Of a stretch of 64,000 bases of DNA, positions 1-9,775 are shown one piece after another. The DNA comes from an uncultured Verrucomicrobiae bacterium. Its GTDB lineage: Bacteria; Verrucomicrobiota; Verrucomicrobiia; Chthoniobacterales; JAATET01. Each line of letters opens with the position of its first letter. Positions within the stretch are counted from its first letter, which is position 1. The stretch is taken from contig CAVRCI010000013.1 of assembly GCA_963719495.1 (NCBI GenBank), positions 288,001 through 352,000 of the forward strand. The letters run 5' to 3'. Position numbers and translations under genes: made by a program. The notes under the pieces were generated by a model that saw only the letters and a program-made list of their open reading frames with translations, was not told the DNA's origin and made no database searches.

Positions 1-294
1 GCTGAAATACGCGCCATCGATCTCGCCGCCGAGCTGACTCAACAGCTCGTCGTGAACGGAGTGATACTGATCGAGCGAGATGCGGCCCCGCGGGATTCCG
101 CTTTGGTTCGTGATGATCACTCGCGCCCAGCCCAACTCGCGAAGCCGGGCCAGTCGGCCGGCGACTCCGGGCACGGCCCGCACGTCGGCCGGGTCGTTGC
201 AGTAGTCGACCTCGTCCATGAGGGTCCCGTCGCGATCGAAGAAGACGACCGGGCGGAAAGATTTTCGATTTCCGATTTCCGATTTCCGATTCAC
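1..294 (-). CDS. gmhB: HAD-IIIA phosphatase, D-glycero-D-manno-heptose 1,7-bisphosphate phosphatase-like (runs off window, 3' partial)
   Basis: Manual translation of minus strand from GTG at 294: ...RPVVFFDRDGTLMDEVDYCNDP...VIITNQSGIPRG..., with the DxDGT and TNQSG motifs of GmhB/HisB-N. Not in the ORF track. Confidence 0.75.
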   Translation of the reverse strand, partial: MNRKSEIGNRKSFRPVVFFDRDGTLMDEVDYCNDPADVRAVPGVAGRLARLRELGWARVIITNQSGIPRGRISLDQYHSVHDELLSQLGGEIDGAYFS

Positions 295-351
295 GTGGCG
301 ACGGGAGTTGACCCACGATCCGACGTCCAGAATCTCGATTCCAAAATCAAC

Positions 352-2724
352 TCACCAGTAACTGAACCCGAGGTCCGAGCGGAACAATCCGGCGCGTGGC
401 TCGAAGAAGAAGCGAGCGTAGATGCTCGCAAATCCTTCGTTGTAGTCCGCCGTCACCGAGTAGGAGAGTTTCGAGCCGACCATGAAGTTCGGCGTCACGA
501 GCACGCCGGCTTCCGCGTTGACCAGAAAGATGCCCGTCGTCGAATCGGTGCCTTCGTATTCCCGACCATCGTCGTCGAGCGGAAGCACCGCCGCGGACGA
601 CTGCTTGTTCTGCTGGAGACCACCGCCGATGCTGCCCGACAAGAGGAAATTCTGGCCCTCGGCCGTCAGGAACTGCGCGTCGAGGATACCCTGCACGATG
701 TATTCCGGGCTGAAGTATCCGCCGTGGCCGTAGGTGAAGAAATTCTGGTTGTTGTCGAAGGTCTCGTACGAGACGGCGGGTCCGATCGAGATGTATTCGA
801 AGCCCCGGGGCTTGAAGATCCGGGAGGCGGACGCCACGAGCGACAGGTGGTTGTTGCTCTTGGTGTTCACACCCGTGATCTCGCCGTACTTCACCTTGCC
901 GAAGACGGTGTAGTCCTTCAGGAAGCCCTGGAAAACTTCGAACGATCCACCCGTCTCCTGCACGCGGCCCCATTCGCGGTCGGTGTAGGGATCCTGGGAG
1001 CCGACGTAACTCGTGACCGACTCACGGATCGACTGCGAGTAGAACTCACCCTTGATGTATCCCGTGTTGTAGCGGTATTCCAACCCAGCGCGTCCGATGG
1101 GACTCGCGTCGAGGTCGGCGTTGAGCGGAGTCGTGCCGATCTCGAGGTAGGGCGTGAGGAAGCCTTGGTATTCGACCCGGATCTTGGCTTCGAACAAATC
1201 GTTGTAACCCGTGGCGACGTTGCGCTCGAAGCGGGAGAATTCCAACGGCACCGTGCCGACGAATGCGCCGTTCGTCCGGCTGCCCGACTGGAGCATCAGC
1301 AGCGCGGCTTTCGCGGTGACGAGAACCCGCTCGTAGGGCGAGAATTTCCCCTCGATGACGGGCGTCCGAGCGGTCTGCAAACGGGACTCACCCCGTTGGC
1401 CGGACTTCTGGGAGTACTCGAATCCGACGGCGATGCTCGGCGAATCGAAGTTCGCGAGCGCCGGATTGTTCCGCTCGTTGGCTTCGTAAGCGGCGAGGTA
1501 GAGTCCGGCGCGCTCGTAGGCATTCGTTTGGTAGGTGGCCAGGATCTCGGTGAGTGGTCCCGGGCATCGGGCGGCGACGTCGGCGAGGCGGTCGAAATCC
1601 TTGAGTCGACTCAAGGCCGCGTAGAGCCCCTCGGCGCTCGGGCGGTCGGGGCTGACGCGGTAGAGGTCCTGAAAAATGTTCGCCGATGAGTTGTAGTCCC
1701 GCAGGTAGTAGTAGGACCAACCGCGGATGATCTGTTCGTTGCGACCGAGCTTGCGGTATTTCGCCGCGCGGTCCAGCGCGTTGATCGCGCGGGCGTATTG
1801 GCGGTCCTCGTAGTCCTCGGTGGCGCGGCGAACGAGAATGTCGCCGAGGAGCGTCTTCATCTTCGGATGGGAATTCACACGGTATCCCGCGATGGCCTCC
1901 GCCTGCGACAGGTCACCCTGGGTGAACTTCGTGAGCGCGAGGCCGTAGTAGGAAGCGCCCAGATCGGTGTCCCACGCGATGGACTGCTCGAACCACAGGG
2001 CCGCCGATGGGTAGTCCTTGCGGTTGAAATTCGCCCAGCCGATCTGCTGGGCGAGGTCGGCATCGCGATTGGCGCGGGCGCGGGCCATGGCCTGCGCGAG
2101 ACGCTCGCCGGAGAGGGCGGTATTGACGGCTGGCTCCGGGCGGGGGCGCGGACGGGTCGAAGTCGCCGTGCTCGTGCGGCGGGTCGCGGTGGACTGATAG
2201 GTCCGCGTCGGAGCCGGGGTCGGTGTCGGGCGCGGGGCCGAGGTGACTTCGAGTTCCTCGGACTCATCCTCGATGATGACGGGAGTGACGGATGTCGCGG
2301 AACGAATCGGCGTCGACGGCCGGGTATCCGGGAAATCGAGGGTCTCCTCATCTTCGAAAATGTCCACCGTTTCGGGAGTCGAGCGGATCGTCGGGGGTTC
2401 GATTTCGGCCGGCTCGAAGGTCGTCGGAGCGACGGCGGGACGCAGGACCGGAGTTGGTGCCGGGGTCGGGGAGGAGCCGGGAACGACCGGAACGAAGAGC
2501 GAATCCGGGGCTGGCGTCGTGCCCGGGGTGCCGGCTGGCAGTGGGATCGTCCCCGGAGGATCGTTCGTGAGGATGTCGTCGGTCGCATCGACGAGCGGAT
2601 CCTGCTGCGCGATCTGCGCCTCGGTCGACCGAACACCTCCAACCCAGCCCGCGGCCACGCACAAAATCAGGGTGTAGGTTTTTAGTCTTCCGTCAAACAA
2701 GCTGGGAATGTCTCGGCGTTTCAT
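352..2724 (-). CDS. bcsC: Cellulose synthase outer-membrane export protein BcsC-like (signal peptide, Pro/Thr-rich linker, TPRs, C-terminal beta-barrel)
   Basis: TPR-like helices, SIRESVTSYVG...DP...WGRV and TYGHGGYFSP motifs of the BcsC C-terminal porin, terminal aromatic residue; lies downstream of bcsA-B-Z. Confidence 0.8.
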   Translation of the reverse strand: MKRRDIPSLFDGRLKTYTLILCVAAGWVGGVRSTEAQIAQQDPLVDATDDILTNDPPGTIPLPAGTPGTTPAPDSLFVPVVPGSSPTPAPTPVLRPAVAPTTFEPAEIEPPTIRSTPETVDIFEDEETLDFPDTRPSTPIRSATSVTPVIIEDESEELEVTSAPRPTPTPAPTRTYQSTATRRTSTATSTRPRPRPEPAVNTALSGERLAQAMARARANRDADLAQQIGWANFNRKDYPSAALWFEQSIAWDTDLGASYYGLALTKFTQGDLSQAEAIAGYRVNSHPKMKTLLGDILVRRATEDYEDRQYARAINALDRAAKYRKLGRNEQIIRGWSYYYLRDYNSSANIFQDLYRVSPDRPSAEGLYAALSRLKDFDRLADVAARCPGPLTEILATYQTNAYERAGLYLAAYEANERNNPALANFDSPSIAVGFEYSQKSGQRGESRLQTARTPVIEGKFSPYERVLVTAKAALLMLQSGSRTNGAFVGTVPLEFSRFERNVATGYNDLFEAKIRVEYQGFLTPYLEIGTTPLNADLDASPIGRAGLEYRYNTGYIKGEFYSQSIRESVTSYVGSQDPYTDREWGRVQETGGSFEVFQGFLKDYTVFGKVKYGEITGVNTKSNNHLSLVASASRIFKPRGFEYISIGPAVSYETFDNNQNFFTYGHGGYFSPEYIVQGILDAQFLTAEGQNFLLSGSIGGGLQQNKQSSAAVLPLDDDGREYEGTDSTTGIFLVNAEAGVLVTPNFMVGSKLSYSVTADYNEGFASIYARFFFEPRAGLFRSDLGFSYW

Positions 2725-2733
2725 GATCCTGGG

Positions 2734-3849
2734 TCAATGCTTTTCTGCCGCCGCCCGGTCGCGGATGGCGAGTTTGGTGAGCAGCTTCAAGCTTGCCGAA
2801 TAGTAGACTTCATCCGCGAGCACGGGCGGGATGTCCCGCACCGTAATCGAGGCATTCCGAGCGCTTGCCAGCGTGAAGCGGGCGATGGCGTCCATGCCGG
2901 GAAGCATGGGATGCGGCCCCGGCTCGCCGTCGCGGAGATTCACTTCGGCCGGGAGCGGATTCGTGGCGGAACGCCCACCCCAATACTCCGCGTAACGTTC
3001 CAGGAGCGACGGATTGGGCCCCGCCCAAGCGACGTGGAGCGGGACGCGGATGGCGTCGTATCCGGTGAGCGGATCCTTGTCGATGGGGAGTTTGACCGCG
3101 AGCGGCCCGACGGTCGCCCAGTTGGGATTGAGGGCGACCTCGCCGAAGCGGGCCACCCCGAGGAGCCGCCGACCGCCCGCGTCGAGGTCGTCCCAGCGCT
3201 CGGAGGGGAACACGCGCTCGAGTTCCTGGTAAGCGGGGAAAACCACGTAGGACGGGTTGAGCAGCAACCCATCCTCCCGCTGGAAACCCATCAGGCCCGG
3301 CAGCATCTGGAGACCCAGGTCGGAATCGACCACCGCCAGTCGAAAGAAATCGGTGATGATCTGGGCGGCCGAAGCCTGGTAGGGATAATGGTCCCAACGC
3401 TGCGCGGCCCGCACCAACGCCCAGGCGATGAGGAGATCGCCGTCGCTGGCGTTGTTCGGATCGTCCACCTTCCCGCCGTCTTCCGGCTGGTAGCGCCAAC
3501 TGAAAAGATGGTCGTCGGAGCGGCGGAGCGTCTCCTGGGTCCACTTCCACATCCGATCGAAGGCCACCCGGTCATCGAACGCTTCGGCGAGAAGCATTCC
3601 GTAGCCCTGACCTTCGGAGTGGGAGACGTCGGCGTTGCCCGTGTCGACCACGCGGCCACTCTCGTCGAGGAAGCGTTTCTTGAAGAGCTGCCAGTCGGCG
3701 CTCGGGAGGGCGTTGGGGTCTCGCGGCCAGAAAACGACCAGCAGAACGACCGCCGCGACTCCGGCCAGCAAAAGCCAGAGCCGAAAGCGTCGACCTTTCG
3801 CGGCCGCGGGTGTCGCGTCGCGATCGGGGTGGGCTTTTCGCCGACTCAT
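2734..3849 (-). CDS. bcsZ: Glycoside hydrolase family 8 endoglucanase
   Basis: SHSEGQGYGML, NNASDGDLLIAWAL, NPSY and YDAIRVPL GH8 motifs; position in bcs operon. Confidence 0.93.
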   Translation of the reverse strand: MSRRKAHPDRDATPAAAKGRRFRLWLLLAGVAAVVLLVVFWPRDPNALPSADWQLFKKRFLDESGRVVDTGNADVSHSEGQGYGMLLAEAFDDRVAFDRMWKWTQETLRRSDDHLFSWRYQPEDGGKVDDPNNASDGDLLIAWALVRAAQRWDHYPYQASAAQIITDFFRLAVVDSDLGLQMLPGLMGFQREDGLLLNPSYVVFPAYQELERVFPSERWDDLDAGGRRLLGVARFGEVALNPNWATVGPLAVKLPIDKDPLTGYDAIRVPLHVAWAGPNPSLLERYAEYWGGRSATNPLPAEVNLRDGEPGPHPMLPGMDAIARFTLASARNASITVRDIPPVLADEVYYSASLKLLTKLAIRDRAAAEKH

Positions 3850-3879
3850 GGGCTGGTCACCGGACGTCGAGCCGCAACG

Positions 3880-6201
3880 CTACGACTTGGCGGTTGGTTT
3901 TTCGCGCTTGCTCAGGAGGACCTTCAGCAGGAGAGCCAGGAGTCCCAGCGCGCCGAAGACGATGATCGTGAAGAGCAGCGGATTCCGATTGAAGCGATTG
4001 GTCGCCTGGAAGACCGCGGAACTGACGCCGTAGACGAACTCCGGCCCAACGCTCGCGACCGCCAGGGTCTTCGAGCTCTTGTTGTTCCAGACCATCAAAT
4101 TGCCGGCGAGATTGTCCCAATAGCGGCGATCCTGCAGGTTGTAGAGACCGCGGTAGAGGGTCTCGGACGTCGGCGCGGTGAAGACCGCGGCGGCGTATCC
4201 CGTGTGGTAGGGGTTCTCGTAGGAGAAGGCGATCGAGTCATCCTTCGCTTCCGATTGCATGACCATCGAGACGGTCTCGGGCTGCCCGGGTTCGCCGCGC
4301 TCGATGTCGGTGCCGCGGACCTTGGCGAGGAATTCCTCGACCGGCCCAACGGCGCTGGCTTCCGGCTTCGGACTCACGCTCACGACGTAGCGGGCGCGAC
4401 CGAGCTTCTGCGGCGAGACGGGAGCGTTCTGCATGAGCTCGTCCGGCAGCGTGTCGATGGTGCCGACAACGACGATGTTCTTCTCGCTCTTGGGAACCTG
4501 GAACGTCATCTCGGCCCGGTTGAGGATCGACCCGTTGATCTGCGCCAGTTTGCCCATCAGCATCCAGGCGGCGCAAATCGTCGTGTTGTCACGCTCGGTC
4601 ACCATCATCGCGAGGTCGAAACCGTCCGGTGCGGCGGTGAAGGGATAGCCCGTCTGCGAGAAGAGGGTAAAATTCGGCAGTCGCGTCTTCTTCGCGAGGC
4701 GCGGGATCACCATGTCGGAGTCGTTGTAGAGAGTGAAGAGCAGGTTCTCGACTTGCTGGAGTTCGCATTGATCCGTGATGAGCGGGACCATCCGGGGCGC
4801 GATGTCGACGACGTTTCGACCCGGCTGGAAGGCCTTGACCGGGAGATAAACCCGGAAGTCGTCGTGGACGTCACCCCGGATCTGATCCAGGCGGATCGCG
4901 TATTGGAATTCCTGGTTGACGAAGATGTTCAGCACCGAATCCGAGCGCAGGGCCGCGCCGTAGACGAAGTGCAGGCGGAGCTCGACGTTGCTCGAATCCT
5001 CACCCGACAGACTGCCGGGCATGTAGGCTTCGATCTGGTACGATCCGGTGTTGAAACCCTTGATCGTGCGCATCTTCTTGTAACCCAACTGGCGGAAACT
5101 GTAGATGCCGGGATCCATGATTGGAGCGTTCTTGACGTAGAACGGTTTCTCCGGGAAATCGATCTGGTCGATCTGCGCGTATTGCGAATCCGGCAGCGGG
5201 AAGTTGATGAGCGAGAAGGCGTAGGCCGCCTGGGCCACTTCTTCGTAGCTCCGACCGCTGATGAGCAGCATGAAGTGCTCCGGATCTCCGGGCAGCGGCT
5301 TCACGGCGATGAAACTTCCGGCGATCGAACCCTGCTCGGCCGACGTGAGGTAGGGGGTCAGCTCGCTGGCGGTCCCGACCACGATGTTGTCGACGCCGGC
5401 GGCCAGCGCGTTGCCGGTCGTCACGACGGCGGGGCGGTAATCGAGATTGAGCGTCGCACCCTGCGTGATGACGGACCCGAGGGACAGGGATTCTTCGGTC
5501 ATTCCCGAGCCGGTGCCACCGGGCATGCAGATGTTGAACTTGTAGGGGTCCCAGAGCTTCTGATCGATCAAGTCGCGGATCAGCGAGAGTTTCGGGTAGA
5601 TCTCGTTCATCGCGACGACCGCTTCGAAGTAGCTCTCGTCGGGCAGGATCTCGGTGTAGAGCTCCGGCGCGGCGGGCTCCTCGCACTCGAGGGTGTAGTG
5701 CTGGGCGACGATGAACTGGAGTTCGTTCGAGGCGAGGTTGAAATACTCGAGCGGGACTTCGATATCGACGTTGTGGTTCGGCTGGTCGCGGGTGAGGTAA
5801 AACTGCCCGATGATCTTGTCGTTCAAGACGACCCGCAGCACGGAGCGTTCGCTCAGCAGGGCGATCGAGTTCGTGAAACGCAGGTGGAGCTTGACGCTCT
5901 TGAGGTCGTAGCGCGGGGAGAGTGGCACGTAGACCGTGTAGGTGCTGGTCGAGTTCCGCAGAAAGATCGGCTCCTCCGCGCCGATGAGCTGGCGGAGGGG
6001 AAGGCGGATGATCGAAGACTCCCCGGCGACGCGCTGGTCGGACTGAGCGGCGACTCCGACCGACCGCTGCGGCCCGGCGGGCACCGCCGGCGGCGTGGGT
6101 GGAGTGGTGCGCTGAGCTGACGATTCCGACAACGGCGCGAGCCAAAGCAGGGGTAGTATGATGGCGAGCCATCCCCGGTTGAGTCGTTCCTGGTTTTTCA
6201 T
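3880..6201 (-). CDS. bcsB: Cellulose synthase periplasmic co-subunit BcsB
   Basis: Signal peptide from ATG 6201 (MKNQERL...), LHLRFTNSIALL...S.L.V.LN, QHYTLEC, conserved Cys pair, C-terminal TM anchor; directly after bcsA. Confidence 0.88.
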   Translation of the reverse strand: MKNQERLNRGWLAIILPLLWLAPLSESSAQRTTPPTPPAVPAGPQRSVGVAAQSDQRVAGESSIIRLPLRQLIGAEEPIFLRNSTSTYTVYVPLSPRYDLKSVKLHLRFTNSIALLSERSVLRVVLNDKIIGQFYLTRDQPNHNVDIEVPLEYFNLASNELQFIVAQHYTLECEEPAAPELYTEILPDESYFEAVVAMNEIYPKLSLIRDLIDQKLWDPYKFNICMPGGTGSGMTEESLSLGSVITQGATLNLDYRPAVVTTGNALAAGVDNIVVGTASELTPYLTSAEQGSIAGSFIAVKPLPGDPEHFMLLISGRSYEEVAQAAYAFSLINFPLPDSQYAQIDQIDFPEKPFYVKNAPIMDPGIYSFRQLGYKKMRTIKGFNTGSYQIEAYMPGSLSGEDSSNVELRLHFVYGAALRSDSVLNIFVNQEFQYAIRLDQIRGDVHDDFRVYLPVKAFQPGRNVVDIAPRMVPLITDQCELQQVENLLFTLYNDSDMVIPRLAKKTRLPNFTLFSQTGYPFTAAPDGFDLAMMVTERDNTTICAAWMLMGKLAQINGSILNRAEMTFQVPKSEKNIVVVGTIDTLPDELMQNAPVSPQKLGRARYVVSVSPKPEASAVGPVEEFLAKVRGTDIERGEPGQPETVSMVMQSEAKDDSIAFSYENPYHTGYAAAVFTAPTSETLYRGLYNLQDRRYWDNLAGNLMVWNNKSSKTLAVASVGPEFVYGVSSAVFQATNRFNRNPLLFTIIVFGALGLLALLLKVLLSKREKPTAKS

Positions 6202-6235
6202 AAGTGTGAGGTTGCTGTTCGGCGGGCCGAAGGGT

Positions 6236-8473
6236 TCACGAGATGGGTTTGGCACCGGAATTCATGGTGCGGCTCGAGCGTTCCTTCCGCATGGACCCGA
6301 GCAGGAGGAGGCCAAGGTGCTCGATCGTGTAGCGGACACCGGCCGACATCAGGTAGAGCGCGCTTCCACCCACGCCCTTGCCGCCGCGGCGGGACTCGAG
6401 GAAGTCGACCCAGCGCTGGCTGCTGCCGTTCACGAAAGCGATCTTGCGTTTGAGTTCGTCGATGCCGTCGTGCTTGAAATTACACCCGAGCATGAGGGTG
6501 CGGTCGCGGTAACGGAGATTGCGAATCACCATGTTGAACTCGCCGGGATCGATGTCGTGGGTGATGTCGGGTCGTAGCGTGATGCGGTGCTCGGGCCGCA
6601 GCATCGGCTCGTAGGCGGCGTCGATGGCGAGGCTGAATCCGCCGTTCGACATGTCGCGGATCTCGACCGGAAACTGGCGTTCACCCAAGAACATGTTCGC
6701 GGGGATGCTGCACGCGATGCGCGCCCAGGAGCGCATCTGCCTGCGCTCGAGCAACGCGCCGAGGCAGGCCAGGAGAATGAAGATATTGAAGAGCGCCCAG
6801 AACATCGTGATGCCCGTCGCGAATTCCTGCGTCCCGGTGGGCGACAGCGCGTAGCGGTAGGCACCGGCGGCGAAAGCGAGGACGTTGAGCAGCAGAAAGA
6901 TGTAGAAGGGCTTGGCCAGGGGACTGATGAAATCCCGGTCGAGAATCTCGCCCTTGGCGGTCACGTTGAACGACGGAGCCCGCGGGTTCAGGAAGACCTT
7001 CACGATGGCCGGGAAGGTGTACATCGACTGCATCAGCTCGTAGAGCTCGGAGACGAACGTCCAGCGCACCTTGCCGAACATGAAGTTCGACACCAGGGTC
7101 ACGGCGACAAGGTGGGGACCGGCGAACGCCAGGAAGTCGATGAAGTTGGAGTCGTAGATCTTGAGGGAGAAGAACAGGAACGCCAGCGGCGACAGCATGA
7201 ACGTCAGCCGCGCGAACGGGAAGAACCAGAAGAAACTGCTGCTCAGGTAGCACAGTCGCTGCGGCGGCGTGAGACCGCGGACGAGCATGGGATTTTTCAG
7301 CAGGAAAATCTGGACCATGCCCTGCGCCCAACGGATCCGCTGCGTCACGAAGCCGCCGAGGGTCTCGGGCGACAGGCCCGAGATCATCGGGCGGTCGATG
7401 TAGGCGCTGTGGTAGCCGAGCGAATGCAGGGTGAGCGCGGTCTCGGCATCCTCGGTGATCGTCTCGCCGACCACACCGCCGACCTTCTGCAGGAACTCGC
7501 GCCGCATGACGGCCGCCGATCCGCAGAAGAACGCGGAATTCCAGAAATCGAGACCCCGCTGGATCTCGGCGTAGAACATCTCGTTCTCACTCGGCATCGA
7601 GCGCCACGTCTTGAGGTTTTTCTCGATCGGATCCGGGTTCGTGAAGAAATGGGGCGACTGCACGAGGAACATCTTCGGATCCCGCAGGAACCAGCCGCAC
7701 GTGTTGCGGGCGATGTCGACGGTGGGGATGTGATCGGCGTCGAGGATGAGGATGAGGGCGCCGTCGCTGACCTCCATCGCGTTGTTCAGATTACCCGCCT
7801 TGGCGTGGAGGTTCTTGGCGCGGGTGACGTAGTGGGCCCCGGACGCTTCGCAGAGTTGCTTGAGATTCTTCCGGCGATCGCGGGCCTGCGCGGCCTTGGC
7901 GGGGTCGCTCATGTTGCAGCGCTGGTCGGTGCCGCCGTCGTCGCAGAGGTAGACGTTCAGCTTGTCCGCCGGATATTCGATCGCGAGGGCGGCGAGCAGG
8001 GTGACCTCGAGGATCTCGCGCTCTTCGTTGTAGGTCGGGATCAGGACGTCGAGCGTCGGCCAATCGGCTTCGTCCTCCGGCAGCGGCTCGATCTCGCGCT
8101 TGAGCGGGTCGATGTTTACGAAAATACTGAGGCCGTAGATGATGAAGCCGTAGAGCTCCGCGAGGTAGAGGATGATCGCGAGCGAGAAACTGATCAGATC
8201 GTAATAGGTGAGCGTCGTGAACGTCCGCCAGAAGACGTAGTCGATCGACAGAAACGCGCCGATGCTCAGGTAGACGACCCGGACGTTTTCCGAACGCTTG
8301 AAGAAGCTGAGGACGATCAGAATGACCAATCCGACGGTGCCAACCGCGAGCTGGGTCGACGTCGTGATGTTCGCCGCGAAGAACAACATCACGAGGACCA
8401 TCAATCCGATGGCCGCCGCACGGTAGGGCGCTTTGTTTTCGATCGAGTCGAAGTTGAAATTGAAACCCTTCAA
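6236..8473 (-). CDS. bcsA: Cellulose synthase catalytic subunit (GT2 plus PilZ)
   Basis: DDG, HAKAGNLN, DADH, QSPH, FFCGS, TED and QRIRW motifs; C-terminal PilZ with RSWAR (RxxxR) and DMSNGG (DxSxxG). Confidence 0.97.
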   Translation of the reverse strand: MKGFNFNFDSIENKAPYRAAAIGLMVLVMLFFAANITTSTQLAVGTVGLVILIVLSFFKRSENVRVVYLSIGAFLSIDYVFWRTFTTLTYYDLISFSLAIILYLAELYGFIIYGLSIFVNIDPLKREIEPLPEDEADWPTLDVLIPTYNEEREILEVTLLAALAIEYPADKLNVYLCDDGGTDQRCNMSDPAKAAQARDRRKNLKQLCEASGAHYVTRAKNLHAKAGNLNNAMEVSDGALILILDADHIPTVDIARNTCGWFLRDPKMFLVQSPHFFTNPDPIEKNLKTWRSMPSENEMFYAEIQRGLDFWNSAFFCGSAAVMRREFLQKVGGVVGETITEDAETALTLHSLGYHSAYIDRPMISGLSPETLGGFVTQRIRWAQGMVQIFLLKNPMLVRGLTPPQRLCYLSSSFFWFFPFARLTFMLSPLAFLFFSLKIYDSNFIDFLAFAGPHLVAVTLVSNFMFGKVRWTFVSELYELMQSMYTFPAIVKVFLNPRAPSFNVTAKGEILDRDFISPLAKPFYIFLLLNVLAFAAGAYRYALSPTGTQEFATGITMFWALFNIFILLACLGALLERRQMRSWARIACSIPANMFLGERQFPVEIRDMSNGGFSLAIDAAYEPMLRPEHRITLRPDITHDIDPGEFNMVIRNLRYRDRTLMLGCNFKHDGIDELKRKIAFVNGSSQRWVDFLESRRGGKGVGGSALYLMSAGVRYTIEHLGLLLLGSMRKERSSRTMNSGAKPIS

Positions 8474-8549
8474 ATCAGCAGCGTCTTGGTCGAATCAGCT
8501 CCGCGGACAAATCACGTGGTAAAATGGAAATCGGTCCGCTCACGAATCC

Positions 8550-9041
8550 CTAAAACATCACCCCGAGCACGTAACCGAAGCCGCCCGCCGCCAGCATGAG
8601 CACCAGCACGGCGCCGCGCGAAACGGGGTTGATCGAGTTGGCCACCTTGTTCAGCTGGACGACGATGGCGTCGGACTCCTTCTTCACGACGTCGAGCTTC
8701 TTGGTGCAGTAATCGATGCCTTCGTGATACGTGGCGACCTGCTCGGCGAAGCCATCCAGGTGCATGGCGTCGAGCTTCTGCTTGAGCTCCTGGGTCTGGA
8801 AGCCGAGCCGCTCGATGCCCGGGGCGAGTTCCGACCGGATCTGATCGACGATGGCTTCGTCGAAACCTTCGATCTGGACCTTCTGCGGCGTGCCGTCGGC
8901 GGACACCGGTGCCGCGGACGCCGCCGGGCGGCCGTAGAATTCCAGCAGCTCGAGCAGGGCCATGGCGGGATCCCCGTCCTGAATGTTGTGGCGGCGCTGC
9001 CAGTCGAGAATCTTGGCTTTGAGTTCGTTGTCTTCGGTCAT
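8550..9041 (-). CDS. Small coiled-coil protein with C-terminal TM helix (TraM/MobE-like, tentative)
   Basis: N-terminal RHNIQDGDPAMALL, helical middle region, hydrophobic C-terminus; overlaps upstream ATPase by 4 bp. Confidence 0.6.
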   Translation of the reverse strand: MTEDNELKAKILDWQRRHNIQDGDPAMALLELLEFYGRPAASAAPVSADGTPQKVQIEGFDEAIVDQIRSELAPGIERLGFQTQELKQKLDAMHLDGFAEQVATYHEGIDYCTKKLDVVKKESDAIVVQLNKVANSINPVSRGAVLVLMLAAGGFGYVLGVMF

Positions 9042-9769
9042 GGTAATAGGATGTCGCGGTGGGCGTCGAATTGGCGAAAGATTTCGCGGCGGTAGTTGAC
9101 CATGCGCTGGCGGTCGATCAGGAACAATCCGTTGCTCTCGAGGGCTCCGCTGATGGTGACCGAGTGCTGCTGGAGGTGCAGCACGAGGTGGTCGGGCAGT
9201 TTCGGGATCGTGATTTCACGCGCTCCGGCGTCATCGAGCTCCTGGCGCGCCCGGCTCTGATCGTAGATCCGGCAGCTCGACATCGTCTTGTGATTTTTCA
9301 CCACGAGCCAGTCGACGGTGTTGCCGATCCGGGTGACGGCTTCGCCCGCCTGATGCACGGTGTCCTTGTCCTCCTCGACGATGACGACGAGCGTGAGCTC
9401 GAGCTTCATCCCCTCACGCAGCGTGAGGAGGTTCGTCTCTTCGAGCCAATCCAGGAAAATGCGTTGCTGCGATCCGACGCCGTCGACGATGACGAGTGAC
9501 GAATCCGACATGACCTCGATGATGCGGTCGAGATTTTCCGAGTGCCGGATGTCGAGGAAATGGGCTTCGGGAACGAATCGGGTAAGGGTCGAATTCTGAT
9601 AATCCGGATCGAAGGCGAGGAAGTCCTTGTGGTTTTCCTCGAGCCACTGGACGAAAAGGATCGAAAAAAACGACTTCCCGACACCGCCCTTGTCCATCGC
9701 GACGAGGACGAGGCGTTTGCTTTCCTCCTGATGCGTGGAGGGGATCGACGGCGATGGGGCGGCGGTCAT
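9038..9769 (-). CDS. ParA/MinD-superfamily P-loop ATPase (TraL/MobD-like)
   Basis: Deviant Walker A DKGGVGKS, FDPD...NSTL, VIVDG Walker B, C-terminal RQRM...R.EIF.QFD. Confidence 0.8.
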   Translation of the reverse strand: MTAAPSPSIPSTHQEESKRLVLVAMDKGGVGKSFFSILFVQWLEENHKDFLAFDPDYQNSTLTRFVPEAHFLDIRHSENLDRIIEVMSDSSLVIVDGVGSQQRIFLDWLEETNLLTLREGMKLELTLVVIVEEDKDTVHQAGEAVTRIGNTVDWLVVKNHKTMSSCRIYDQSRARQELDDAGAREITIPKLPDHLVLHLQQHSVTISGALESNGLFLIDRQRMVNYRREIFRQFDAHRDILLP

Positions 9770-9775
9770 GGGGGA

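Noticed and set aside
52..8599. Long plus-strand ORFs 52-1689, 2737-6120 and 6587-8599
   Set aside because: Antisense shadows of the bcs genes caused by high-GC codon bias; no recognisable motifs.
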